Source of the DNA: Candidatus Fervidifonticultor secundus
Lineage (GTDB): Bacteria > Sysuimicrobiota > Sysuimicrobiia > Sysuimicrobiales > Humicultoraceae
NCBI GenBank assembly: GCA_031459385.1
Contig: JAVKIP010000028.1
Location: forward strand, 1-27,796
Reading direction: 5' to 3'
Length of the DNA: 27,796 bases
Shown here: one piece after another, positions 1 through 9,523 of the stretch
Layout: each line of letters begins with the position of its first letter
Numbering within the stretch: the stretch's first letter is position 1
Notes under the pieces: model-generated
Database searches by the model: none
Seen by the model: only the letters and a program-made list of their open reading frames with translations
Told to the model about the DNA's origin: nothing
Position numbers and translations under genes: made by a program

Positions 1-707
1 CGGAAGACCTGTTCGAGGGAGGGCTCGCCCGGGGTATACAGGCGCCAGTTGTTGGTCCCCGAGGTGTCCACGCAGATGTTCTCGGTGTGGTAGGCCAGGA
101 ACATCGTCTCGCGCAGGAAGCCGGCGCCAAAATGCGCGATCACGAACGTGATCTCCGGGAAGTCGCGACCCGGCGCCGACAGCGCCAGGGGGTTGGCGTA
201 GAGCAGGTCGTAGAAGGCGCCGACGGTGATGCCGAAGTGGACGATGATAGGCAGGCCGCACTCCGCCGCCGCCTCGTAGACCGGGTAGAAGAGGCGGTCG
301 TTGAGGTGGGCCCGGTACTGGGGCGCGTACAGCTTGAGCGCGCGCAGGCCCAGCTCGGGGAAGCGCCGGACCGTCCGTGGCGCGTCGGGGTGCGTGGGGT
401 CCAGCAGCGAGCCGCACCCGAGTAGCCGGTCGGGGCGCAGGCGACAGAACTCGGCCAGCTCGTCGTTCGCCTCACCCATGGCGATGAACACTCCGGCCTG
501 GACGCCGGCGGCGTCGAACGCCTCGAGCCAGGTCGCCGCCTGGGCGGCCAGCGTGACGCCTTCGAGCTCTTCGATACGGGCCTGGAAGGACTGGCCGCGG
601 ACGCGGGCCCGCTCGCGCGCCGCCTGCCGCGTGGCCTGCGCCCGCTGCAGCGTGCGGCGCAGCATGCCGGCGGTCATGAGGTGGAGATGGGCGTCGACGA
701 TCGTCAT
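1..707 (-). CDS. Amidohydrolase family protein (Amidohydro_2, TIM-barrel metal-dependent hydrolase); runs off the left edge
   Basis: Manual translation from ATG at 707 gives MTIVDAHLHLM (HxH metal motif), LKLY, YPVYEAAAECGLPIIVHFG, FPEITFVIAHFG and ENICVDTSG. GAGGAG RBS upstream. Not in the ORF track. Confidence 0.85.
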   Translation of the reverse strand, partial: MTIVDAHLHLMTAGMLRRTLQRAQATRQAARERARVRGQSFQARIEELEGVTLAAQAATWLEAFDAAGVQAGVFIAMGEANDELAEFCRLRPDRLLGCGSLLDPTHPDAPRTVRRFPELGLRALKLYAPQYRAHLNDRLFYPVYEAAAECGLPIIVHFGITVGAFYDLLYANPLALSAPGRDFPEITFVIAHFGAGFLRETMFLAYHTENICVDTSGTNNWRLYTPGEPSLEQVF

Positions 708-761
708 TGACCCGCGCTCCTCGTGTCGGACTGCAGGGGCGTGTAAGCGGCCCGCGCCCCG

Positions 762-1520
<759 letters not shown>

Positions 1521-2534
1521 CTACCGCTCCCCCAGTCCCAGCCGGCGTTCGAGAACGCGGCTGGCGTGGGACATCGCGTACGAGAAGACGAAGTACACGA
1601 CCAGCGCGAAGACGTAGACTTCCCGCACGTCGTGCAGGTACTCGGTCAGGGCCAGCAGCGAGCGGCCCACGCCCAGCAGGTCGGACAGGCCGATGATGAC
1701 GGTCAGCGAGGTGTCCTTGAACAGGCTGATGAACTGACCGACCAGTGCCGGGATCATGTTCTTGAACGCCTGGGGCAGCACCACCAGCCGCATCGTCTGC
1801 CACCCCGACAGCCCCACGGCGCGCGCCGCCTCCACCTGGCCGCGGCCTACCGACTGGATGCCTGCCCGCATGATCTCGCCGACGTAGGCCGATGAGAAGA
1901 TGGTCATGCCGATCATCGCCCGCATGACACGGGGCACGGTTTCGCCCGACAGCAGGCTCACGAAGATCGAAAACCACAGGAGCACGGTGATGAGGGGGAT
2001 GCCACGGATACCCTCGATGTACGCCGTGCAGAACCACCGGATCGCCGGGAGCTGGCTGGTACGGCCGATGCCCACCACGACGCCGACGGGGAAGGAGGCC
2101 GCGATGGACACGGCCGCCAGCAGGAGGGTCAGGGAGAGGCCCCCCATCTGGTCGAGGCGGATCGGCGAGAAGAGCCAGGCGACCGCCACCAGTGTCCCGG
2201 CCCACAGGGCGGCCAGCGTCCGGGGCCGGACGCGTGCCGCCGCCCCCGCCGCCGTCAGGGCTGCGGCCGCGACCACGAGCCCGCCCGCCCACCACGCCCG
2301 CCAGAGCTGGCTCAGGGGCAGGAGGCCCACCAGCCACAGGCGCAGGTTCCGGGTCACCACGTCCCAGTGGGCTCCTTCTGCCCATCGCCACAGCGCGCCG
2401 GCTGCCCAGACCACGGCGCCCAGCGTCACCAGCGTCAGGACCGTGTTGACCCAGCCGTCGAAGAGGTTGCGCTGCGCCCACTCCAGGGCCGAGGGGCGCT
2501 GGCGCGGCGGCAGCGTCACGGCCGGGGTCGCCAT
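1521..2534 (-). CDS. aapM: Amino acid ABC transporter permease (AapM/BztC-like)
   Basis: Multiple TM segments, YIEGIRGIPL, EAA motif GQVEAARAVGLS, FKDTSL. N-terminal W..RNLF..W.N.VLT is typical of AapM. Confidence 0.88.
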   Translation of the reverse strand: MATPAVTLPPRQRPSALEWAQRNLFDGWVNTVLTLVTLGAVVWAAGALWRWAEGAHWDVVTRNLRLWLVGLLPLSQLWRAWWAGGLVVAAAALTAAGAAARVRPRTLAALWAGTLVAVAWLFSPIRLDQMGGLSLTLLLAAVSIAASFPVGVVVGIGRTSQLPAIRWFCTAYIEGIRGIPLITVLLWFSIFVSLLSGETVPRVMRAMIGMTIFSSAYVGEIMRAGIQSVGRGQVEAARAVGLSGWQTMRLVVLPQAFKNMIPALVGQFISLFKDTSLTVIIGLSDLLGVGRSLLALTEYLHDVREVYVFALVVYFVFSYAMSHASRVLERRLGLGER

Positions 2535-2537
2535 GGG

Positions 2538-3554
2538 CTACGCTCCCGGCAGCGCCAGGCGGGCGCGGATGGCGTTGAGCACCGCGGAGATCGCCAGCGA
2601 CATGGCGAGGTAGGCCAGGGTGACGAACGTGAACGTCTCCAGCGCGCGGAACGACTGGCTCGCCACGGTCATGGCGGCCGTCAGCATATCGGCGAATCCG
2701 ATGCCGATGGCCAGGCTGCTGTTCTTGGTGAGGTTGAGGAACTGGTTGCCCAGCGGTGGAATGATGATGCGCAGCGCCTGGGGCAGCACCACCAGGCGCA
2801 GGGCGCTGCCATAGGAGAGGCCGAGGCTGCGCGCGGCCTCCGTCTGGCCGCGCGGGATGGCCAGGATGCCGCCGCGGATGATCTCGCCGATGAACGCCGA
2901 GGTGTAGACCGCCAGGCCGACGACTAGCGCAGCGAACTCGCTGGTCATCTGAAACCCGCCGTCCACCACCTGCCGGCCGAAGCGCTCCGTGAGCACCCCG
3001 CCGATGGCCAGGCCCCGGTTGGTCAAGACGACGGCGCCGTTAAGCAGGACCAGCGGTGGGCTGTCCGGCGCGCCGGTGGGCAGCCGGAGGAAGACGCCGA
3101 AGTACCAGAAGAACAGCTGCACCAGCAGCGGCGTGTTGCGCAGCACCTCCACGTAGACCAGGGCCAGGCGCGCAACCAGCCAGTTGCGCGACAGGCGGGC
3201 GATGCCCACCCCCAGGCCGAGCAGGGTCGCCAGCGCGATGCCGATCACGGCCACCGTGGCCGTGTTGACCAGCCCGGCGATCATGGCCTCAGCGTAGGAG
3301 TCCTCGGGACCGTAGCGCTTGACGCGCAGCCGCTCCAGGTCCAGCGTCCACCCCAGCGCGGTGAGCTGGAACCCCGCCGGCTGCCGGAGGAACCCCCAGT
3401 CGAGCCGGATGTTCTGGCGCGCCATGCTGCGCTCGACGGCCATCCTGGCGCCCCACAGCAGCGCCACCAGCGTCGCCACGAAGACGACCTGCGCCGCGAC
3501 GCGCAGGACGCGGAGGTCGCGCCAGACAGAGAGCGAGGCGATCGCGGGAGGCAT
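2538..3554 (-). CDS. aapQ: Amino acid ABC transporter permease (AapQ/BztB-like)
   Basis: WGFLRQPAGF, GLVNT, YVEVLRNTPLLVQLFFWY, EAA motif GQTEAARSLGL, NQFLNLTKNSSLA. Confidence 0.9.
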   Translation of the reverse strand: MPPAIASLSVWRDLRVLRVAAQVVFVATLVALLWGARMAVERSMARQNIRLDWGFLRQPAGFQLTALGWTLDLERLRVKRYGPEDSYAEAMIAGLVNTATVAVIGIALATLLGLGVGIARLSRNWLVARLALVYVEVLRNTPLLVQLFFWYFGVFLRLPTGAPDSPPLVLLNGAVVLTNRGLAIGGVLTERFGRQVVDGGFQMTSEFAALVVGLAVYTSAFIGEIIRGGILAIPRGQTEAARSLGLSYGSALRLVVLPQALRIIIPPLGNQFLNLTKNSSLAIGIGFADMLTAAMTVASQSFRALETFTFVTLAYLAMSLAISAVLNAIRARLALPGA

Positions 3555-3583
3555 GGAGCCTCGGGAACGCGAGGGCCGGTCGG

Positions 3584-3612
3584 CGGGGGCGGCGCCTACG
3601 GCGCCGCCCCCG
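3584..3612 (-). other. Stem-loop downstream of the substrate-binding gene (mRNA-stabilising or partial terminator hairpin)
   Basis: CGGGGGCGGCGCC-TAC-GGCGCCGCCCCCG is a 13-bp perfect inverted repeat between aapJ and aapQ, with no U-tract. Confidence 0.6.
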
Positions 3613-3632
3613 TCGGATGCCTGTCGGCCGGC

Positions 3633-4649
3633 CTACCGGAACGGCCGGCTGGTCATCGCCCCGCCATCGCGCGCCAGCGCGTTGCGCGTGCCCTTGCGGG
3701 TGATCGCCGTGGGCCTGGCCGGCCCGAAGTAGCGGTTGTAGATCTCCCCGTAGTTCCCCACCGCGCGCACGGCCCTGATGACCGCGCCGTCGCCGGCCGT
3801 GATCAGCGACTTGGCCACTGGGTCCCGGTCGCCGATCTCTCGGAGCCGGCCCTCGGACCCCGCGGTGATCTGCGTGATGCCCATCTCTTCGGCGCCGATC
3901 AGGCCCCAGACCGTGTAGTTGACCGCATCGGCCCAACGCGAGTCGTTCTCCTGGTACATCGGCGCCAGGGGCTCGTCGCTGAACTCTTTGCCGACCACCA
4001 TGAACTCCCGCGGATTGGGCGCCGTGGCCCGGAAGGCCGTGAGCTGGCTGGCGTCAGTCGTCCACACGTCGCAACGCCCCGCCACCAGGCCGTCGAACGC
4101 CTCCTTGGGCTGGGCGAACGTGATGAGCTCGAACCGGAAGTTGCGCAGCCGCATCTGGTCAGTGATGTTCCGCTCGCTGGTGGTGCCGGTCTGGGTGCAG
4201 ATGCGTGCGCCGTTCAGGTCGCCCAGGTCGCGGATCCTGGAGTTGCTGCGCACGAGCAGGCGTTGCCCGTCGTAGAACGTCACGGGGCCGAAGTCGACCT
4301 GAGCGTCGCGGCTGAAGGTCACGGTGGTGGTACGGAAGACCACGTCCACCGAGCCGGCAACCACCGCGGGGATGCGGTTCGCCGACGTCAGCTGTACGAA
4401 CTCCACCGACGGCACGTTGATGAACGCGGCCACCGCGCGGCAGAAGTCGGCGTCGAACCCGACCATCTCGCCGCTGCGCGGCTCGACGAAGCTGAAGCCC
4501 ACCGTGGTCCCCGAGATGCCACAGATGAGGCGTCCCCGCGCGCGCACCACGTCGAGGCGCGAGCGCGGCGCCTGGGCCCAGGCCGCATACGACAGCGCTG
4601 ACACGGCCAGCAGCGCGAAGACGATCAGCAGAGCCAGCACCCTTCTCAT
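3633..4649 (-). CDS. aapJ: Amino acid ABC transporter substrate-binding protein (AapJ/BztA-like)
   Basis: Signal peptide MRRVLALLIVFALLAVS, RGRLICG, GFDADFCRAVAA, FYDGQ, GTTSE, SDEPLAP, VGNYGEIYNR. ATG at 4649 is preceded by GGGGGTGG. Confidence 0.9.
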   Translation of the reverse strand: MRRVLALLIVFALLAVSALSYAAWAQAPRSRLDVVRARGRLICGISGTTVGFSFVEPRSGEMVGFDADFCRAVAAFINVPSVEFVQLTSANRIPAVVAGSVDVVFRTTTVTFSRDAQVDFGPVTFYDGQRLLVRSNSRIRDLGDLNGARICTQTGTTSERNITDQMRLRNFRFELITFAQPKEAFDGLVAGRCDVWTTDASQLTAFRATAPNPREFMVVGKEFSDEPLAPMYQENDSRWADAVNYTVWGLIGAEEMGITQITAGSEGRLREIGDRDPVAKSLITAGDGAVIRAVRAVGNYGEIYNRYFGPARPTAITRKGTRNALARDGGAMTSRPFR

Positions 4650-4891
4650 GGTCCACCCCCCGACCTTGCTTGCTCGTCCCACGTACGTCGCTTATCTTCC
4701 TCCGTCGCCTCTGGGCCCCGCCGGGGCGGAAGCCGGGCACCGTCACGCCCGGCGAGGCCCGCAGGCTGCGCCGGCACCCGTGGCGACGGTCCGTAGGAAG
4801 ATTGCACAGCGCTCAACCCCTTCCTGCCGGCGGAGGAAGCGGCGGTCCGGATGCGAACGCACAGGAGAGCGGGAGCCGAGGAGGGACGCCG

Positions 4892-5074
4892 GTGACACTG
4901 CACGAACGTCTGTCGAGTTGGGTCGGCGGTCGGGTCAGCATCGTGTACAGCAGTGACGAGTTGCAGGTTGGAGACCTGCTCGAGGTAGGTGACGGCTACC
5001 TGACGGTACAGGTGGGCTCTATCCGGTACGTGGTGAACCTCGCCAGCATCGTGCGCATCAACCAAGTGCAGTAG
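4892..5074 (+). CDS. Small 60-aa protein, probable Sm/LSm(Hfq)-like or DUF2642-like beta-barrel
   Basis: GTG at 4892 after GAGGAGGG RBS. Sequence MTLHERLSSWVGGRVSIVYSSDELQVGDLLEVGDGYLTVQVGSIRYVVNLASIVRINQVQ shows an N-terminal helix plus five short beta strands and lacks the Arg/Pro/Ala bias of shadow ORFs. Confidence 0.7.
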   Translation: MTLHERLSSWVGGRVSIVYSSDELQVGDLLEVGDGYLTVQVGSIRYVVNLASIVRINQVQ

Positions 5075-5214
5075 GCGGTCCGGGGCCGCTGTGCCGCGGC
5101 GGGCGACCTCGTAACCTCCCCCCGGCGCCGGCCATCGGCAGGGACGGATGTCGCCGCGTGGAAGGATGGCGCTAAACGGTGCGCGATCGTCATCGCGCAG
5201 GAGGGGAGCGGCCC

Positions 5215-6411
5215 ATGGCCGATCCTCGTGCCGCGGGCTTCGTGGTAGTGTTGGCGTCAGCCGCCCTGGCTGCCCACGCCGTCCCACGACCGGCGCAGGG
5301 GCAGGCGTCTCAGTTCTACGAGGTCTGGACGATCGACCAGGCCGACGCGGCGCGGGGCGGGGCGCGCCTGTACATCTACGACGGCGCGCGGCTGGAGGCA
5401 GGTCAGGTCACTCCCACTCAGGTCGTGGATCTGACGGCCGCGGCGGCGGGCGTCGGCGACGGTCCCGGCGTGCGACCCCACATGCTGGCGTTCAACCCGA
5501 CGTTCACGCACGGCATCATCGCCAACGTGGCCTCCGGCCACGTCCAGATCGTGCGGGCCCGAGACCGCCGCGTGGTCGCTAGCATCGACGTGGGCGAGCA
5601 GGCGCACCACGCCGAGGCCTCGCCCGACGGCCAGGTCATCGTGGTCGCGAACCAGAACGGCAAGCGGCTGGCGCGCATCCGCGCGGACTTCGCGACGGAG
5701 CGCTTTGTCTACGACCGCGGCGACGACCTCAACCTGGCCGCGCTGGAAGGCCCGGCGCAGCCGGACAACGCGCCGATCTGCCCCCTGGTGACGGCGGGGA
5801 AGGCCTACGTCACCGTGCGCGGCGGCGGGCTTTACATCGTCGACTACCGGGCGACCCCCATGCGCGTCGTGCGGGCCTATGGCCGGGACGCCGTGGCGCC
5901 GGCGGGCTGCGGCGGCGCGGTGGTGGGCAGCACGATCTTCATCAACTCGGGTACCGCAACGTCGTCCGACCTGTACGCCTTCGACGCCGCCACCGACGGC
6001 TTGCAGATGCACCTCCGGCTGTCGTGGACGGGGTCCGACGGCCACGGGCTGGTGGTCACCGGCGCCGGACGCTACCTGTGGATGGGCAACCGCGCCGACC
6101 ACAACATCGTCGCGATCAGCGTCGAGCGGAAGGTGCTGGCCGGCTTCATCACGGGATTCGGCGAGGCGCCCGATATCATGGCGGCCTCGCCCTCGGGCCG
6201 CCACGTCTTCGTGGCGCTGCGCGGGCCCAACAACCTGACGGGTGGTCCCACGGCCAAGGGGAGCACGCCTGGGCTCGCAGTGGTGGAGGTGACGGACGGC
6301 GGCCGCGGTGGTCGGCGGGTCGCATTTGCGCCGATCGGTGACCAGTCGCCCGCGTCGTCCGCGGACCCGCACACCGTGGGCGTCCGGCCGGTCAGGAGCG
6401 GCGCACGGTAG
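5215..6411 (+). CDS. Secreted beta-propeller protein (YncE/YVTN-like)
   Basis: ATG at 5215 after AGGAGGGG. Signal-peptide-like N-terminus. Repeated blade motifs SIDVGEQAHHAEASPDGQVIVVAN, APDIMAASPSGRHVFV, GLVVTGAGRYLWMGN. Confidence 0.8.
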   Translation: MADPRAAGFVVVLASAALAAHAVPRPAQGQASQFYEVWTIDQADAARGGARLYIYDGARLEAGQVTPTQVVDLTAAAAGVGDGPGVRPHMLAFNPTFTHGIIANVASGHVQIVRARDRRVVASIDVGEQAHHAEASPDGQVIVVANQNGKRLARIRADFATERFVYDRGDDLNLAALEGPAQPDNAPICPLVTAGKAYVTVRGGGLYIVDYRATPMRVVRAYGRDAVAPAGCGGAVVGSTIFINSGTATSSDLYAFDAATDGLQMHLRLSWTGSDGHGLVVTGAGRYLWMGNRADHNIVAISVERKVLAGFITGFGEAPDIMAASPSGRHVFVALRGPNNLTGGPTAKGSTPGLAVVEVTDGGRGGRRVAFAPIGDQSPASSADPHTVGVRPVRSGAR

Positions 6412-6448
6412 GAGCACGGCTGTGGAGAGCGCGTAATCCGCCGCGCGC

Positions 6449-6477
6449 TTGACGTCTCCAGCGTGGCCTGCTACGCT
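6449..6477 (+). promoter_or_regulatory. Sigma70-type promoter for the riboswitch-terC transcript
   Basis: TTGACG (6449-6454), 17-nt spacer, TACGCT (6472-6477), immediately upstream of the aptamer. Confidence 0.7.
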
Positions 6478-6492
6478 GCTTTTCGATCGCGA

Positions 6493-6590
6493 CAGAGAGG
6501 GGAGTAATCGGTGGCCGCGGGCGCGGCCACGGCGCGGTCGTCAGGACGGCGGATCTCCGCCCGGTCGCGCGCAGCGATGAGACCTCCGCA
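6493..6590 (+). ncRNA. yybP-ykoY manganese riboswitch aptamer
   Basis: Hallmark AGAGGGGAGTA start, internal hairpins (GTGGCCGC..GCGGCCAC; GGCGGA..TCCGCC), CGTCAGGAC loop and closing GAGACCT. Lies directly upstream of a TerC/Alx gene, its classical context. Confidence 0.85.
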
Positions 6591-6620
6591 GGCATATCCG
6601 GCGTGGAGGTCTCTTTCTTT
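6579..6620 (+). terminator. Intrinsic terminator forming the riboswitch expression platform
   Basis: GAGACCTCC (6579-6587) pairs with GGAGGTCTC (6605-6613), followed by TTTCTTT. The 5' arm overlaps the 3' strand of the aptamer. Confidence 0.8.
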
Positions 6621-6641
6621 GCGCCCTCGAGGAGGAGTCTG

Positions 6642-7646
6642 GTGATCGAGTCGGTCGGCACGCCGTGGTTGTGGGGCGCGTTCACTGTGTTCGTGCTGGC
6701 GATGCTCGCCGTGGACCTCGGCCTGCACCGCACCGCCCACGTGATCGGCCCGCGCGAGGCGTTCGGCTGGAGCGTCTTCTGGATCGTCCTGGCGCTGGGG
6801 TTCAACGCCGGGGTCTTCGCGTGGTTCGGCCCCGCGCGCGGTCTCGAGTTCCTGACAGGGTACCTGATCGAGAAGGCGCTCAGCGTCGACAATATCTTCG
6901 TCTTCCTGGTCATCTTCTCGTACTTCGGCACCCCAGCCGCCTACCGGCACCGCGTGCTGTTCTGGGGCGTGCTGGGCGCCATCGTCTTCCGCGTGGTCTT
7001 CATCGTTTTGGGCGCGGCGCTGCTGGCCGCGTTCCACTGGGTCATCTACGTCTTCGGCGGCCTGCTGGTGATCACCGGCGTCAAGCTCCTGCGGGCGCCC
7101 GACCACGACGTGCACCCCGAGCGTAACCCGGCGCTGCGCCTCGTCCGCCGCCTGCTGCCCGTGACCGCGACCTACGAGGGCGCGCGCTTCTTCGTGCGGC
7201 GCGCGGGGCGGCTGTACGCCACGCCGCTGCTGCTGGTGCTGGCGGTGGTGGAGGCCACCGACATCGTTTTCGCCGTGGACTCGATTCCGGCGATCTTCGC
7301 CGTCACGTCTGACCCGTTCATCGTCTACACCTCCAACATCTTTGCCATTCTGGGGCTGCGGGCGCTGTTCTTCTTGCTGGCGGGATTCATCGAGCGCTTT
7401 CACCACCTCAAGGTGGGCCTGGGCCTGGTGCTGCTGTTCGTGGGGTTGAAGATGGTCGCCAGCGACGTGTATAAGATTCCCATCGGCATCTCGCTGGCGG
7501 TGGTGGCCGGCCTGATCGGCGGGTCCGTGGTGCTCTCGCTGCGGCGGCCGCCGGCGGGACCGGCAGCGGGCAGGGAGCCTACCCTGGCAGCGGCACCCAC
7601 GCCGCCAGCGTCACCCGCGTCTCCTGAGGAGGCGAAGCGCGCGTGA
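6642..7646 (+). CDS. alx: TerC/Alx family membrane protein (Mn2+ homeostasis)
   Basis: GYLIEKALSVDNIFVF, RVLFWGVLGAIVFR, EATDIVFAVDSIPAIFAVT, YTSNIFAILGLRALFF. GTG at 6642 after GAGGAGG. Confidence 0.93.
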   Translation: MIESVGTPWLWGAFTVFVLAMLAVDLGLHRTAHVIGPREAFGWSVFWIVLALGFNAGVFAWFGPARGLEFLTGYLIEKALSVDNIFVFLVIFSYFGTPAAYRHRVLFWGVLGAIVFRVVFIVLGAALLAAFHWVIYVFGGLLVITGVKLLRAPDHDVHPERNPALRLVRRLLPVTATYEGARFFVRRAGRLYATPLLLVLAVVEATDIVFAVDSIPAIFAVTSDPFIVYTSNIFAILGLRALFFLLAGFIERFHHLKVGLGLVLLFVGLKMVASDVYKIPIGISLAVVAGLIGGSVVLSLRRPPAGPAAGREPTLAAAPTPPASPASPEEAKRA

Positions 7647-9010
7647 GTCCGCAGATCACGCTGCTCTGTGACCTGCCCGCCGTCGAGCTGGCGGCGCGGA
7701 TCCGCGCGGGGGCGCTCTCGGCCGCCGAGGTCGTCGAGGCCCACCTGGCCAGGATCGCGCAGGTGGAGCCGCACGTGGAGGCCTGGGTGTACGTCGATGC
7801 TGCCGGCGCGCGGGCCGCGGCCAGGGCGCTCGACGCCGAGGCCCGCGCCGGCCGGCTGCGCGGCCCGTTGCACGGCGTCCCGGTCGCTCTCAAAGACATC
7901 TTCGACGTGGCCAGCATGGTCACCACCTCGGGCGCTGCACCGTTCGCGCACCGTCGGCCTGCGGCCGATGCCCCGGCCGTGGCCAGGCTGCGGGCCGCCG
8001 GTGCGGTCGTTCTGGGGAAGACGACCACCACCGCGTTCGCCTACTCTGACCCGACCGAGACGCGCAACCCCTGGAACCCTGCGCATACGCCCGGCGGGTC
8101 GTCGGCCGGCTCGGCGGCCGCGGTCGCGGCGCGCATGGTGCCGCTGGCGTTGGGCTCCCAGACCATCGGTTCGACGCTGCGGCCGGCGGCCTACTGCGGC
8201 ATCGTCGGGCTGAAGCCCACCTACGGGCTCATCAACGCCGACGGCATCACGCCGCTGGCGTGGAGCCTGGATCACGTGGGCATCTTCGCGCGCAGCGTCG
8301 AGGACGTGGCCCTGGCCCTCGCCGTGCTCACCACGCGCCCCGCAGCGCCCCAGGGCGATGTGACGGGCATGCATGGGCCGGCCGGCGGGGGAGCGTCTGC
8401 GGGCACAGCTGGCCCGCGCCTCGGCGTTCCCAGAGCGCTTTACGCCGGCGTTGCCACCGAGGAAGTCGTGGCGCACCTGGACGGCGTCGCTGCCGCGTTC
8501 GCCCGCGCCGGCGCGGCCGTCGAGGACGTCGCGCTGCCGCCCTCGGCGGCGGATCTCCACGCCGCCGGGCAGATGGTCCTCCGGGTCGAGGCCGCGGCCT
8601 ACCACGGGCCGCAGTTCGAGCGCCACGCCGACGCCTACCGGCCCAGGATTCGCCGGCTCGTGGAAGACGGTCTCAGGGAGCGCGCCACAGACTACGTACT
8701 GGCCCAACGCGTGCGCGAGCGGTTCCGGCAGGAGATGGCGGCGCTTCTGGCGCGCGTCGACGCGCTGCTGCTCCCCGTCGCTCCGGCGCCGGCGCCGCCG
8801 CGCAGCGAGGGCACCACCGGCGATCCGGTCCTCTGCGCGCCGTGGAGCTTCGGCGGCTTCCCGGCCATCGCCCTGCCCAGCGGCCTGGCCCGCAACGGCC
8901 TGCCCCTGGGCATCCAGCTCGTCGCCGGGCTCTACGGCGAACCGCGCCTGCTGGACGTCGCGCGCTGGTGCGAGGCGCGCCTGGGGTTCCACGGCGCCCC
9001 GCGGCTGTAG
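7643..9010 (+). CDS. Amidase signature family protein
   Basis: GPLHGVPVALKD (catalytic Lys), TPGGSSAGSAAAVAA, GSQTIGSTLRPAAYCG, GLPLGIQL. GTG start overlaps the terC TGA (GTGA). Confidence 0.92.
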   Translation: MSPQITLLCDLPAVELAARIRAGALSAAEVVEAHLARIAQVEPHVEAWVYVDAAGARAAARALDAEARAGRLRGPLHGVPVALKDIFDVASMVTTSGAAPFAHRRPAADAPAVARLRAAGAVVLGKTTTTAFAYSDPTETRNPWNPAHTPGGSSAGSAAAVAARMVPLALGSQTIGSTLRPAAYCGIVGLKPTYGLINADGITPLAWSLDHVGIFARSVEDVALALAVLTTRPAAPQGDVTGMHGPAGGGASAGTAGPRLGVPRALYAGVATEEVVAHLDGVAAAFARAGAAVEDVALPPSAADLHAAGQMVLRVEAAAYHGPQFERHADAYRPRIRRLVEDGLRERATDYVLAQRVRERFRQEMAALLARVDALLLPVAPAPAPPRSEGTTGDPVLCAPWSFGGFPAIALPSGLARNGLPLGIQLVAGLYGEPRLLDVARWCEARLGFHGAPRL

Positions 9011-9414
9011 GCGGCAGACTCCGTCGCTGCCACCGCGACGACGCGCGGCGCGCCGTCCGGGTACAGCGGCAGATCGGGGCGATGCACGACGAGATCGAGC
9101 AGCCAGTGGCTCAGGACCGCGGCGCCGGCCACCCACGCCCCGCGGCCGTCGCGCCGGAACAGGAAGTAGACGGCGCCGAACAGCACACCCCATCCCAGCG
9201 CCGCCAGCAGGCTGTGGGTGTAGGGATAGCGGGTGAAGTCCAGCGGCGAGACTGCGGTGATGCCAGGCACGATCGCGACCTCTTCCAGGCCGGCGACCAG
9301 GAGCACGGGCCAAAGCAGATCGACGAGCTGCGCCGCCAGGATCATCGTGCCTAGCGCCACGGCCGGTGCCGGCTTCTTCGCTGCCAGTGCGATCGCGTAG
9401 TGGCCCAAGAACAT
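8932..9414 (-). pseudogene. Truncated membrane-bound metal-dependent hydrolase (YdjM/LexA-binding-like)
   Basis: MFLGHYAIALAAK..QLVDLLWP..YPYTHSL..SHWLLDLVVHRPDLPLYP carries the H/D/HS/H..D motifs. Family-like sequence stops near 9030 and the frame runs 79 nt into the convergent amidase gene. Confidence 0.65.
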
Positions 9415-9523
9415 GTGCTTCACCCGCGGCGTGGGCCTGATCGTCCACAGCGCGCACGACGTTCGCGAGCACCGGCTGCCAGCCGGGCGCATGGACCGGC
9501 TGAGCCTCTGGGGCCGAAAGGCA

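Noticed and set aside
5167..5182. Possible sigma54 promoter TGGCGC...TGC upstream of the propeller gene
   Set aside because: GG-to-GC spacing is 11 nt rather than the required 10.
7643..9010. Amidase as gatA
   Set aside because: No gatC/gatB neighbours, and it has GSQTIGSTLRP rather than the GatA-type GSDTGGSIRQP.
7400..9472. 690-aa minus-strand ORF
   Set aside because: Antisense shadow of the amidase/terC genes with no motifs, as expected from GC-rich codon bias.
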